Shown in pieces: positions 12,429 through 24,444 of a DNA stretch of 64,000 bases (position 1 is its first letter; each line of letters begins with the position of its first letter). The stretch is taken from positions 1 through 64,000 of the forward strand of contig KZ538498.1 in the NCBI GenBank assembly GCA_000934665.2, read 5' to 3'. The translations under genes were made by a program, and so were the position numbers. This stretch comes from Catajapyx aquilonaris. Its lineage: Eukaryota. The notes under the pieces are model-generated. The model was not told where the DNA came from, searched no databases, and saw only the letters and a program-made list of their open reading frames with translations.

Positions 12429-13668
12429 CTGGAAAGAGAGAATCACGTTAAAATTCTAAGGCCAGGTGTTTTATGACTGGTCGTATCTCCTTCTATACAC
12501 TATACCCAATGGTGGAGACTTGCACACTACCTAATCAATCCCACCACTCGTTGCCAGACAACCGAATCCAAGTGGGGTTCTTTCGGTTGAAAGGGAGGTA
12601 TAACTCATCGTCAGGTGTCCCTGTGGTGCCACCAGCAGGTGTCAATTGCATATGCTTTTGTCAGATCGATGTAAACAAAGACAAAGACAGGCCAGGTCTC
12701 ACAAAGTACATGGAAAATATGATCACTTCAATAGCTCCTCACAGTATATCAGAGGGGGTCAAACTTACTGTAGTTATGCCACTGCAACAGGTGCTGTAAA
12801 TTATTGCCAATCGGGAGGTACTGTAAGCGTGAACTCTTGTGTTCTCCCAATACACGATATCCACAATGTGTGAAAGGCTGGATTGTGGCTGTGTGACCAG
12901 GGAGGTTACAGAACAGATTGGGAATGGGGCTTAACTCAATCCATAAATTAATGTCAAAAATGTTGCGCCGGAATTTAAACCCAATGGGCTCTTCCGTCGA
13001 GTCATGAGTTAAACTGCTGACGCATTCTGTTCCGCTTGACTTTTTATGCAGCCCACTCCAACCCTGTTCAACATCGAAACGAGGTGTCCGACTTTATAAG
13101 TTTGATAATTATTCCTCCATCCAAAATAATTTGCAGGCAAATGCTCATTTGGTCGGAACAACTCACTTTTACTGTAAAGCTTTGATATAGCTATAATCCC
13201 AGCATACATCAGCACTTATACGAGCCGTCCCATCACGAGAAAAAAATGGAGGAAAAAAGAATGAAGAATCCCATTTTGGGGATGGACCAAAGGGAGAGGT
13301 AGGCAGTGGGAGTGTGGTCTTGAGAGAGTCCATCAGAGCAAGTCGTCCCCTGGTTCCATCGGCCGCACGTCGTCCCAATTCCACCTGACAGGGCGTTAAG
13401 GCTGTCCCCGCTGGCCCGTCACATTCGTTCCCCTCAAAGAATGACCCTCACGACGCTTCCACCAAGACGGAAATTGGCCTACACTTGCTCCGGACTCTCT
13501 CTCAAACTAGGCATCTTCCAAGGGGGTGAGGCTAGGGGGCAATGGAGATGGGGAGACAAGATTGCCAGAAGGACCATGGCTCTGTATGGCTTTATCCCCG
13601 GATAACTCAGATGTCTGCTCCTTTCCTGTTTGGACAGGATGGATACAATTTAATACTGTATGTTTGTA

Positions 13669-13763
13669 CATGCCGATGGTGGCAAAAAAGGAGGCAACTT
13701 TCGATCAAGAAGGTGGTCATCCGGAGGTAACTTTTGATTCGCTCTTTTGCCTCCATCGGCTCG
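13669..13763. mobile_element. Small TA-flanked hairpin MITE remnant
   Basis: GCCGATGGTGGCAAAAAAG versus CTCTTTTGCCTCCATCGGC are reverse complements at 17/19 positions, with TA on both sides. Confidence 0.5.
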
Positions 13764-14990
13764 TAGCGCCACAGATACGACACTGTATAGAGTATTCGCA
13801 ATTTTGGGTTCATGATCCGGATCCACCTACAGTGGGTCACCATACGTCAACATGGGGGTCTCCCTGGAGGCGTCTGAACAAGCGAATGGGTGTGAGGCGT
13901 CACCCTCAGCCCTATCTCACCCGTCCTCATAACTTTCCTAGGGGGCTTCCAACCTTCTAATGAATCACCCGGCATACCTTATTGATTTGGCATAAATCAC
14001 TGGGTGGGGGGAGGAGAAGGGAGAGTGGGATGGAGAAAACTACTCTTGTCAGCAATGACTTCTTAAGGTGAGATTTAGATGGCTTCGTGCCAGGAAGTGT
14101 GTTCTTGGATCGAATCCTCAACATTATATTAATGCAGTATGACGTCACTTGAGATTAAGTCTAGGCTTACGTGCATATAGATAAAAAAAGGAGTGTAACG
14201 ACTTAGGAAAATGCATAGGAGGCCCCCACAAAATCCCTGTTTTGAATACACGACAAGACTTCCCAAGCCCGATTTGCATGCTACCGTGTCTTTGTCCCTA
14301 CTCCCCGACTCCTGACCAACCCCGGAAGACTTAGTCTTGGCGACCTACCCCCGGATAAGGAAACATCGTCACGGAAGAAGCACAGTTAACTTTCCGTTGC
14401 AAATGTAGCGCCTTCTGGGCGATAACCTCCACACTCCTCAGCCCCCCCCCCCNATCTAACGTCAACCAACGTTTTTGGCCTACCTATACCTTGTCCTCCC
14501 CCCCCCCTCCCCTTTTCCTCCCTATCCTTCCTCCTCCTCCGGTCCAAAATGCGCAGTGTAGCGAGATTGGGGCTTGGGTTGAATACAAAAGCGGGTTGTC
14601 TGGCAGCAATCCGAAGGGGCCTGAGATCATACCTACAATGACAGATCAGGACCTACAGGCACGACTTATCTGCAGGAGATAGATGACACTCCGTGACTTC
14701 CTTCGGGGCTTTTGACTTGGGAAATGCGGATCCGGAAACTAAATCAGGTTGTCCACAAGTCCTCGGCGGTGCCTGGGGTTGCCACGATGGAAGATTGCAT
14801 GCTCTGCTCGCTAACGTGATTTGTACCAAAAGGTCTTTCAGCACGTGGAATGCGCTTTGCATCTTGTGCGTCCAATTTCGTCGCGCTACTATATTGGGAA
14901 GGTGACCAGGGAGGAGTCATTTCACGCTGTCGGCACATTGCTTTAATGTTAGCCATACAGTTACAGCCACTGGATTTGTCAACTGATATA

Positions 14991-15353
14991 CAGGGTGTTC
15001 CAAGTTCGTGGGTCGTTTTTAAGGTGCGTTTACATGTGAGCGATTTGACGAGCGAAATCTTCGCCGAGGCTGAAATTAACAATCGATTTTCGACTCAAAC
15101 GATATTGAGACTTGGGTTACTTATCCTCGGTGAAGACTTCGCTCGTCAAATCGCTCACATGTAAACGCACCTTTAGTTAGAGGAAATTTTGCTCGAAGTT
15201 CTTATTTTTTGTAGTTTGTTGGGCCCCAAACCAGGTGCCCTATTTTATAGCAACTGCTATATTCGACCACCTGGAGCAACAATCTGCACAAAAATAACTA
15301 CTTCGCGCAATATTAGTGATAACTACAAACGACCCACGAACTTGGACATCCCT
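14991..15353. mobile_element. Tc1/mariner-type MITE, family A, carrying a nested Harbinger-like insertion
   Basis: TA|CAGGGTGTTCCAAGTTCGTGGGTCGTTTT ... AAACGACCCACGAACTTGGACATCCCT. Homologous to the copies at 37811 and 56795. Confidence 0.85.
15022..15172. mobile_element. PIF/Harbinger-like MITE
   Basis: TTA|AGGTGCGTTTACATGTGAGCGATTTGACGAGCGAA ... TTCGCTCGTCAAATCGCTCACATGTAAACGCACCT|TTA. The 3-bp TTA TSD is supported by the empty site in the family-A copy at ~56821. Confidence 0.85.
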
Positions 15354-15459
15354 TATTATTTTTAGAATACATTTTTCATGACTCATAAAAGTAGCTGTTC
15401 CAAAATAACTGCTTAACAACAAGCAGCTTAATGATACAATGCATGGATAATTCAATATA

Positions 15460-15600
15460 CAGGGTGTCTCAACTTTTTTGTCACATCCCTCAACTGTTGA
15501 GGGATGTGGCCAGAAATGTTGGGGCATATTCTGGCTACATATCTAGAAGATACATAAGCTTTTCCGATAACTGATCGGACAAAAAAGTTGAGACACCCTG
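15460..15600. mobile_element. Tc1/mariner-type MITE (CAGGGTG end)
   Basis: TA|CAGGGTGTCTCAACTTTTTTGTC ... GACAAAAAAGTTGAGACACCCTG|TA: a perfect 23-bp TIR with TA TSD. Confidence 0.88.
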
Positions 15601-15753
15601 TATTGTAACACACTACAATGAAATCTCGATCTATCGCTTTCCCGGATCCATCTCTCAATTCCTAGGATCCTGCATTAATCGTTTCCCGTATCTATCGTTT
15701 TTTCAGGGGTCCCGACAAAAACGATGACTCAAATACTGTGTAGCCGTGTTGGG

Positions 15754-15965
15754 CAGTGGTTCCCAACCTTTTTCGGGTCGCGACCCCCTTTTATGATAGT
15801 CAAGGAACCTGCGACCCCCCTCCCCGAGTGTTGGTAAGTGTTGGAAAAAAAACCTCATGATGAAATTTCCGATAAAATTTATTGTATTAATTTTTAAATT
15901 TTGGTCATTTTTTAATTTTTAAAAATAACCGCGGCCACCCGCGACCCCCAGGTTGGGAACCACTG
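15754..15965. mobile_element. hAT/Charlie-like MITE
   Basis: CAGTGGTTCCCAACC...GGTTGGGAACCACTG TIRs, subterminal GCGACCCC motifs, 8-bp flanks GTGTTGGG/GTGTAGGC (6/8). Confidence 0.85.
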
Positions 15966-17188
15966 GTGTAGGCCTATGATATGAGCAGACTTCAGTAATA
16001 CAGTACAAGGCAAACAACAAACTTTATCCAGGATATTCAGAGCAAACCAAGTGGCTCTCTTGTGTTGCGTGCTGCCTGCCTTTCAGGATAAAACCTGAGC
16101 GCCTCACACTCACGAACCACCAGTATGAGAGTAGGAGAGTATGATTACTGCACAGAGTTTCACGAACTAAAATGTAGAGAAAATTATCAAATAACATACA
16201 CTGTTCCTACTGAACAATTGTTTCCCTAATTTGCGTTCACACAACCGATTCTAACGCTCCAAGGCACTGCATGTACTTAGCACCCCCAAAAAATTGAACT
16301 GCGCACTCAACCTGAATAGGCTCGTGCAAGTAGTGAGCCTAAGGCACGTTGCATTTGACGAAACGTGATAACCGAGTGGTGCAAGTTGTGCAGTACAAGG
16401 CTGATTGCAAGAGTTGTGCTTCAGGCCTCGTTACCTCACGCTTTCACACAAAAGGACGACGTACGCATTGAAAGCATTACACGGCCACAAATCTCTGCAC
16501 ATAAATTCCGAATTGGCGTCCTAGCCTGCCCCCTCCCCCCTGGGTTCCACCTCCCCCTATCATTGACCTCCCCTCAACCCATGATTAATATAATTTTCGT
16601 CTCGTTTAGAAGGGCATTAAAATTTACTAACACCTGCAGCTGGGGGGTATAGAGAGGCCCTTCCGGATCCTAATGTGCAGGACTGGTCCAGGGGATAATA
16701 GGCTACTTGAGAGATGCAAAGCCGTTTAATGAGAGGCGGATGAGAATGATGGCCTTAGCCTTTTCGGTAGCACCCGCCGTACCCGTGCCAAAGCGGTTTT
16801 AAACTAGCTGGCTTTGCCGTGCCAAATAACAGCGCACTTAGCTCACGTTCCCAGCCGCTAATTCCGCCCTTCCACATTCTAATCATGCCTCCCCCTGCGT
16901 ACCAACGCATTAGGCCACAAGCCAAGGTTCCAGACTTTTTTGTGGGGGGTGGAGAGAGGGGGGAGGGTCTTCTTTTTCTGCCCCAAAAGGGATAGTTTTA
17001 TATCCCTATCCTTGGGTCTTTTTTTTTGCTAGGATGGACCCCTGATTATTATACACTACAGATACTGTAAGGTTGGAAGGTCGTCTGGATAATTATAATA
17101 TAGTGAGTATACAAGTTTCTTGGACCAATTACTTTAATGGCAGTATTAGGAACAATAAGGAATTAAATGCGAATTTAAATAAAAGCCC

Positions 17189-17381
17189 ATTTGAAGTTAC
17201 TACTAGCTAGGCAATGGTAGCCTGCCATTACTGCCACAATTGTACTACAGTGTACATGCCACTGATTTCTTCTCTAATGCTAATATGAAGTGTCAGTGGT
17301 TATGTCCACGACAGTACAATTTTTAGTAGTAATGGCAGACCAATATTGTTGAGAAATTGCCTAAGCGTAGTCACTTCAAAT
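17189..17381. mobile_element. Old, degenerate fold-back element
   Basis: ATTTGAAGTTACTAC..TAGGCAAT pairs with ATTGCCTA..GTAGTCACTTCAAAT, and CTGCCATTACT..AATTGTACT pairs with AGTACAATT..AGTAATGGCAG. Confidence 0.6.
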
Positions 17382-17490
17382 TATTCAAATTGATATTTTA
17401 AAATCTTCATGAGTGTTGGTTGCAATAGTGCAATTGGTGCCATTGTGTCATTCGCGAACATTTGTAATATATTAATAGCTCACCTACGTA

Positions 17491-17634
17491 CCATCGGGCT
17501 CAATTTGTTCCGGCCACATTCATCCTGGTCTTGAAGTAACCCTTCGCACAGCCCCAGGTCCTCACCTTGGGGGCTGTACGAAGGGTTGCTTCAAGACCAG
17601 GATGAATGTGGCCGGAACAAATTCAGCCCGATAC
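17491..17634. mobile_element. Palindromic MITE, family C
   Basis: Near-perfect ~68-bp arms ATCGGGCTCAATTTGTTCCGGCCACATTCATCCTGGTCTTGAAG.... Homologous to 44156-44293. Confidence 0.82.
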
Positions 17635-19232
17635 ATCATATTTAGCGAATCTAAACAACCGGTGAGTATCAGCAAAAAAAATCACTTTTTGGCTTCTAAT
17701 TACAAACATGGCTAAATATTCCAGAAAATCACTTTTCCCCAGCCTCGCCTCCGGGTTAGCACTTGGGAATTAAGTGCGTGAAAAGCCGTTGCGAAAACTG
17801 GTCGGTCAGTTTCCATGCAGTAAATTGCAGAATCAGAGTGGCTCAGGCATTTTCGTACCTATTTTAGCACGTTCTTTTCAGAGCTGCCAGCGCATTTTCA
17901 ATGCTCTATGATATCCGCTGGCAATCCAACCGTAACACGAGGTAGGTAGGAGGGATGAGAGAGGAGGTGGGTGGGTGGGGGGTTTCATTTCTGCCGGCAT
18001 GTTCCGCTTTTAGAACCGCCACCGTACGTCACCACGGGGAATCCCCGTTCTCACATTCCGCTCCCATTCTGACACGTGACTGGCACTCTAACTCAAACCG
18101 CACCCAATCACGCTTATCAAGCTAACCGGTGCGGATATCTGCACTTTCGCATATTTATCTCCATTTCCCCAGACTTTTCAGCGTGTCGTTGAAAATGGCC
18201 GGCATGTGCAAAGTGATGGCGGCGTGATATTTTGGAACAAAGCGAGGAAATGTGGCGTAATTTGCTTCCTCAATATAGGACCGCAATAATGAGTTCCGTC
18301 TGCAAAACAGGTATATTGTTTTGACCATTTTTTGGGATGCGGGGCAGGCAGACCAAATATCCTGTTTTTTTCCTGATCATTTTCATCTACATAGGGGATT
18401 TGAAGCTGGATCCCCGTGTTTATCCCTCTAAATGCTGTCACAAGACCGTGTTTACATCGCTGCTAAATATGCATCGTTAAAAAGAGTGCAAGACAATTGT
18501 AATTTGGCACGCAAATATGATGGCACGCATCTCCAAATAGCGGAAACGGGGATTATCATGCGGATCGGAAACCTAATCACAAATGAAAAACCCATCATGC
18601 TCTTTGACCGCAGATGAGTGCAGTACTGCAAAGTGTTATGAACTAGTCCTGAACGGTAGAAAAAAAAATTCCCATGTTTATCCTTCGAATCAATGTTGAT
18701 TATTGCAGACAAACTATGTAATCAAGCGTGCTGTGGATGCAATACTTTAACTCCCCTGGTTCAACTCTCCCCTCACCCCTCCTGCTGCAACATATCCATT
18801 AATGTGATCGGCAACGAGATCAAAACCACATCGGTAACAACATCCGTTTGATTGATTACCCCCTCTGCATTGTGGAAAACTTCAAAATGTGCCAAACCCG
18901 TGTAAACCGTACTCCTGACATGCTCCATGAGCAAATAAGACCCGTAACATGGGTTCGTGGCGCTAATTTACCTCACATTTGATGTTCCGGGACAGATTGG
19001 AAAATGCACTGGAAACACGCATAATTGGTGCCCCGGATGGAGTGTGCGGATCAAACACGCCTTTGCTTGCATTGTTGCGGTCACTTCCTTCCCCAACACA
19101 CTTGACCACTGTGTTTGCTGTTTTCCCAGCAAATCAATCCTTTTTTGCATATTATTGACGCACCCCGATATTAGTGGCAACAATGAACAGATTTGTGGCA
19201 CTTTTCAACATTTTTTTCTTCCATATGTTACA

Positions 19233-19330
19233 CCTGTATGATTTTCAAAATTGTGTCAACATTCAGACAGGTGTATTACTGTAGTACATACACCTGTCTG
19301 AATGTTGACAAAATTTTGAAATCATACGGG
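19233..19330. repeat. Inverted repeat / hairpin (~43-bp arms, 13-nt loop), probable MITE remnant
   Basis: CCTGTATGATTTTCAAAATTGTGTCAACATTCAGACAGGTGTA pairs with TACACCTGTCTGAATGTTGACAAAATTTTGAAATCATACGGG. Confidence 0.75.
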
Positions 19331-22013
19331 AGAAAAGAATTAGTAGTTCACTAATATTGTGTGACAGGGTCGGTTTACAGTAACTTCAAAGGTTTCCAAT
19401 GTTCCAATGGACAATGTTTTTTTTCTTCGTATTGGCCAACTCAGCTTCACTTTTAGGCACGTGCAGTTAATAATAGAGAGTGGTCGAGTCATCCCCAGAT
19501 CTTCCTTTTGTTCTATCGGTATAGCAAGGGCAAAACGATCCTCCTTGCCTTGGATTTTGCCTTTTCCCTCGTTCTTTCCCGTCTTCCTTGGCCTGTGCCT
19601 TTTCCGCCCTCCGTCTCCGACACCCAAATGACTTTTTAAATCTAATGGCTTGGAAATCAGGAGAAACGAAATTTGGTTCCTGCTCTCCTCCCCTGCAAAT
19701 GCCCACCCCAGCCCGCCCCTTTTCCCTTTCTCCTCGTTCAATTCAGCTGGAGCTGACACATAGAATTTGTGAGATTGGAGATGGCGAGCTCCCGGAACAC
19801 CCCCCACCCACCCTTTCTTGTTTCTTTTTTGGGGGTTTCCCTCAGAGAGAGAAAAATATCTTTTGTGAGCTAGAGGGGTTTATTCCATCTGTGCACAACA
19901 CACCACTTTGATAAGGCCTCCCCCGTTGCTTGTGGGGGCGGGGGGGGGGCACACAATCTGTATAATTACTGCGAATACAAACACAAACCCAAACCTTTCA
20001 CAGTGCGCCGGGCCTCGGGAACAACAACAACGGGAAAAAAAAGGCTTGGCTAATTTTTTTCCCGCTCCCCCCCCCCCCTTTTTGTTGATGAAGCTCATTT
20101 GTAGCTCAAAGTCCCTCCATGCAATCCCTAAATGTTGGAAATAAAATTGGGGAAACTTGGCCTCAGGGGAAACTGGTGGGGGAAAAAAATCAAGCAGAGG
20201 GGATCTATTTCACATGATAGTTTCTTTTGGGTGCCCTAATGATTACCGGTACACGAGTCTAATGATTACCTTCGTTATAATGCCATAGAGCTCTGAATTT
20301 TGGGAGGGGGCGGATGAAACAGTATGCATGTCTATTGTCTACTAAGGCCTTAAGCAATTCATATATACCCGCTGCTCTATTGTCACTATAAACAAAAAAA
20401 TGTCTATTGTGTTCATGTATAGTATCATCATGTATGACAGTCAACAACTCTATGCGGAGGCTGAGCAGAAAAGTATGTCCTGGCTCAAATTTTGGCAAAT
20501 AAATTATGTGGGCAAACACGATACATCACCTTGGTAAACGTTGGTCAACACCAACACTAATGCCCACTTCCATGTAGGGCGTCAAGTCTAATTTAGAAGT
20601 CAAACACCATTACAGTGTGGATAGTATCGTCACTCACAGTGGCCTTGAAGTTCAAGGTTAACTGTGGCCGTTACACTGTGGCCGTTACCTGGCCTCACAG
20701 GCCAATAACCGGGTGGGTCAAGGTCAAACTCCAAGGCATCTGCATATGTGACAATCCGCTTTGGCCTTTTATTGCACAATGGGGATCTCATCAGTTAGCC
20801 TAGCACGAGCAAGCAGCCTCAGATGAAGTTAAAGGTCATCGGGTTCCTTTGCAGGACACCAGGATCGAACAACGTCGAGGGAGAGAGGGGGGGATTTATT
20901 GCGGGCGAAGTATTATTACAATCTCATGGCTATCAATAAAGAGTCTGAATTCACAAAGACACGAAAGGTTGCGTTCGGGAGGCAGACGGAAGCAGCCAAG
21001 GAATTTTGTAGGGACCCAGGCCAAGGAAAGGTTATACACTTTCCGGAAATCGCACGTGAAACAAAGGGGCGATTTCCGACCTCCCCCCTCCCTCCTTCCC
21101 CACATTTCAGGATAACATAACTAATTGATCACGATATACAATATATATTTCAGCCATCTCTCCTTCCTCCCCACAGCTCGAGCTTTGTGGTGTACAGGCT
21201 ATGCCCCGAGTAATTAATCGGGCTGAATTATTTCTTAATCGGGTCCACAATTATGCATTCTAACAGGCACAACACGTGGCTTAATGAGCGAATGCTTCAT
21301 TTCATTATTACAGCAAACGTATTCGCTACTTGCGGCAACAACGTTGAATACCTGATGAATAAATGCGCGTGCCCGGCGAGATACTCATTAAACAAGGGGC
21401 GGAGTTTGTAGACTTCACGTTGAAATTCTAATGAGGGTTGTAATTACGCGATTTTGATCACTTTTAGGGAGAGCCGGGGAAAAATATTTTTTGGGGGTAG
21501 TTTAGTGCAAGGCTTGATCAAATCCCGAAAGGGCATCATTTTTTTCAGGACAAAATTACGGTGACCCAATGTCGGAATAAACCAAACCCGTCTGTTGTGT
21601 CATGTGGGATGCAATAATGTCAGCCTCTGTTCCTGGTACTTGTAGGTTTCAGCTCCACCGGCAGACATTGTATGCTGCAGCCTATTACATTACGGAAATT
21701 ACCTAAAGCGCACATGTCCGGCCGCAAATGGAACTGTAGCTCTTATGTCCCTCACGGTTCAAACGGTGCCACTCGAAATTTTGCTACTATGCGGTCTAAA
21801 TAAGTGAACTAATCTCACAACATTAGCCGAGGATATGAGGTAGCACGAATGAGGTCCTGAGTTTGATCCCCGTTTCCTCCTACAGATAAGGTACAAACTT
21901 AAATTTAAAATTTGTATTTAATTTTTAAAATATTGTTCCGGATTCTCCCAAGACGCCAGAGTGATGACCCAGTCGACAATAGCCAATATCCGTCGTAAGT
22001 GGAGAGTTGTTGC

Positions 22014-22149
22014 CGAGGGGGTACTCACTCGACTGTAAAGTGCACACCGGAGTACCAAATTCAAGGAGTACCAAGGAGTACCTGGGAGTACCTGGGAGTA
22101 CCACTGCAGGTGTACACCGGAGTAGCCTACCGAAGTGAGTACACCCTTG
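22014..22149. mobile_element. Family B TIR element (CAAGGG end, 8-bp TSD, internal GGAGTACC repeats)
   Basis: CGAGGGGGTACTCACT ... AGTGAGTACACCCTTG, flanks GTTGTTGC/GTTGTTAC. The interior is homologous to 37949-38095. Confidence 0.8.
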
Positions 22150-23074
22150 GTTGTTACTGTAACGTATGGCACATCAGGGTGTATGTGAATGATTAATACC
22201 GCACCGCCTGGATTACCCAATCCATACCTGTCCGTGATTGAATGAACTATGGATGGACAGCAGTGGGTACAATGGTAAGCAGGATGGCAACAAACACGAG
22301 CAAGGAAAAGGATGGAACTACCCTGCATGCAGATGGGTCTCAACGATTAGTGCACGCAACGCCTTGCTAGCTCCATATTACTGCCAGTTGTCAGGTGCGC
22401 GGCTTGCATAATTTACCCTCCGGGATTCGCTCCCGCCTAACAAAAATTACAGCGCCTTGTCATCCAAATAATATTGTCCTGGACGTCCACTGCAGCTTGG
22501 CCCCGCTGCTACTCGCTGGCTCTCTGAATTATGAAATCGTGACAAAACCACGCTGCACCACAGATTATAAACCCCCGGACACTTGTTGTATCTGGTGCTA
22601 CAAAAGTCCTATGACATCTGTAAGGTTGTCCACTTTCAATTTAAATTGTCAGTCTTACCCGTCAGGGTTGGAGGGGGGGGGGGATGTCCTAGATTCATGG
22701 CTGTTCTGAACGTGTGCAAATTGTTGAACGCAAATTTAACCCATCGTCCTATATGTAGAATACTTGTAAAAATGTTATCTTATTTTGTAAGTGCTTTTGT
22801 TCATAAAAATAAAAATACCTGTATTTGAAAAATTAAACAATAACTAGAAAAACCTTCGGTCACTGGGTGGGGAGAGAGGGATATAGACCCTCCGGCCGAC
22901 AGAGAACGAATGGATGGTTCTTCCTCCCACCCACCAGAGGCGCTGACTCAACCCCCCATTGCGCCTGCGTAGAACGGGAGCCAATCGGTAGCCTCGCGGT
23001 AACACCATACGGCGGACCAATCAGAAGGCATGATATACAACAATCAGCAGGATTTTAATATTATGGATTAAGAC

Positions 23075-23292
23075 ATGAACTCATGGAATGAACTCACATG
23101 TGGATGAACTCGCATGTGGATGAACTCACATGTGGGTGAACTCGCATGTGGGTGAACTCGCATGTGGGTGAACTCGCATGTGGGTAAACTCGCATGTGGG
23201 TAAACTCATATGTGGGTGAACTCATGTGGAATGAACTCACATGTTGATGAATTCATGTGGGTGAACTCATATGTGGATGAACTCATGTAGAT
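23075..23292 (+). repeat. Minisatellite, 16-bp unit GAACTCGCATGTGGGT (~14 copies)
   Basis: Directly visible tandem array. Confidence 0.92.
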
Positions 23293-24106
23293 AATATTCG
23301 TCCCTCAATCTTTAGTAGTGAGTCAGGCGAGGTTGGTATCCCTGAGTGGGAATGCTGTGAAGAAGCAAGCAAGCAAACGCGTGCGGATGCGGAATGAAGA
23401 ATGGAAGGCGTGTCCGGGCCAGACGTTTGGTAATCTGCACCTTTTCTTCAGAGGCGGTCCATGGTGTGGCCGGGGACATGGGGGCTCCCACGGCTTTTAC
23501 TTGCTATTAAATGGGGGGCCCAGAAGGGGGTGGGGATGGTTGGTGGTTCTCACGCTTGACAGATGGAGAGAGGGGGGGATGGAAAGGGGAAGGGCTGACT
23601 GGAGAAACACACTGGAAGAAGAAATGCGTCTGGACAGCCTCTAGACTCATTTGGCAAATTGAGCTGCCCGCCCCAGCGTTGGACTTGTGCTTACTTTCTG
23701 GAAGCGGACTTCAGGTATAAATCACCGGTACAGTACTGCAGGCCTTTCATGTGGTCATTGGGAGGCAGAGACTGATAGGGTTGCCAGCGGATAGATGGCA
23801 GCTACTATTTTCTGTGGGGTTCAATTCGATTATTTGCGGGTTACAATGTTTCACAACAATGCTGGGTTAATTGACGGGTTGTCCTCAGAGTAAATGGAGG
23901 AGTATCTCAATTGTCTTGTGGAATTTTCATGGGATTACATTAGAATGACAACATTTATTTTTTTAACACTGTCTTATGCCATATCGAATTGTACCGTAAA
24001 CATGACAATAGCTTAATTCAAAATCATGAAGTTTACATTCATAATAAGCTGTAGTAAAAATAACTGTTATTGTATGTTTGCGTGAATAGAAACCATTTTT
24101 TTAGTT

Positions 24107-24444
24107 TACCCCATTAGAGGAAGCTGGGCCCTTTTAGGGGAGTGGATTACCACTATTTGAATTTTCTCTGAATTTTTCTGTTTTCTTCAAACTCCGTTGT
24201 AGGGAGATCAAGGACAATGGGTACTGATAGGGATTGTTGGGGAGGGAACGTATACGTATGTGCAAGTGCGATACCGATAAATGGATCATGTGCTGTTCCC
24301 TAAGAGGTTAGGTGCCAGACACCTCCAAGGTGCGGGTCAGAGACCCTCCCGACGCAGATGAAAGGGAAATCCCTGGCCGGGGTCGAACCTGAGACCTTTC
24401 ACTCAGCAAGCCGAAACGTTACCATATCGGCCACTACACCTCCC
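24107..24444 (-). mobile_element. tRNA-derived SINE, variant head (SINE-2)
   Basis: The minus strand begins GGGAGGTGTAGTGGCCGATATGGTAACG (A-box-like) with B-box GGTTCGACCCC. Its 3' segment ATAGTGGTAATCCACTCCCCTAAAAGGGCCC is shared with the copies at 47752 and 63404. Possible degenerate TSD AAACCATTTTTTT/AAAGCAGTTTTCT. Confidence 0.7.
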
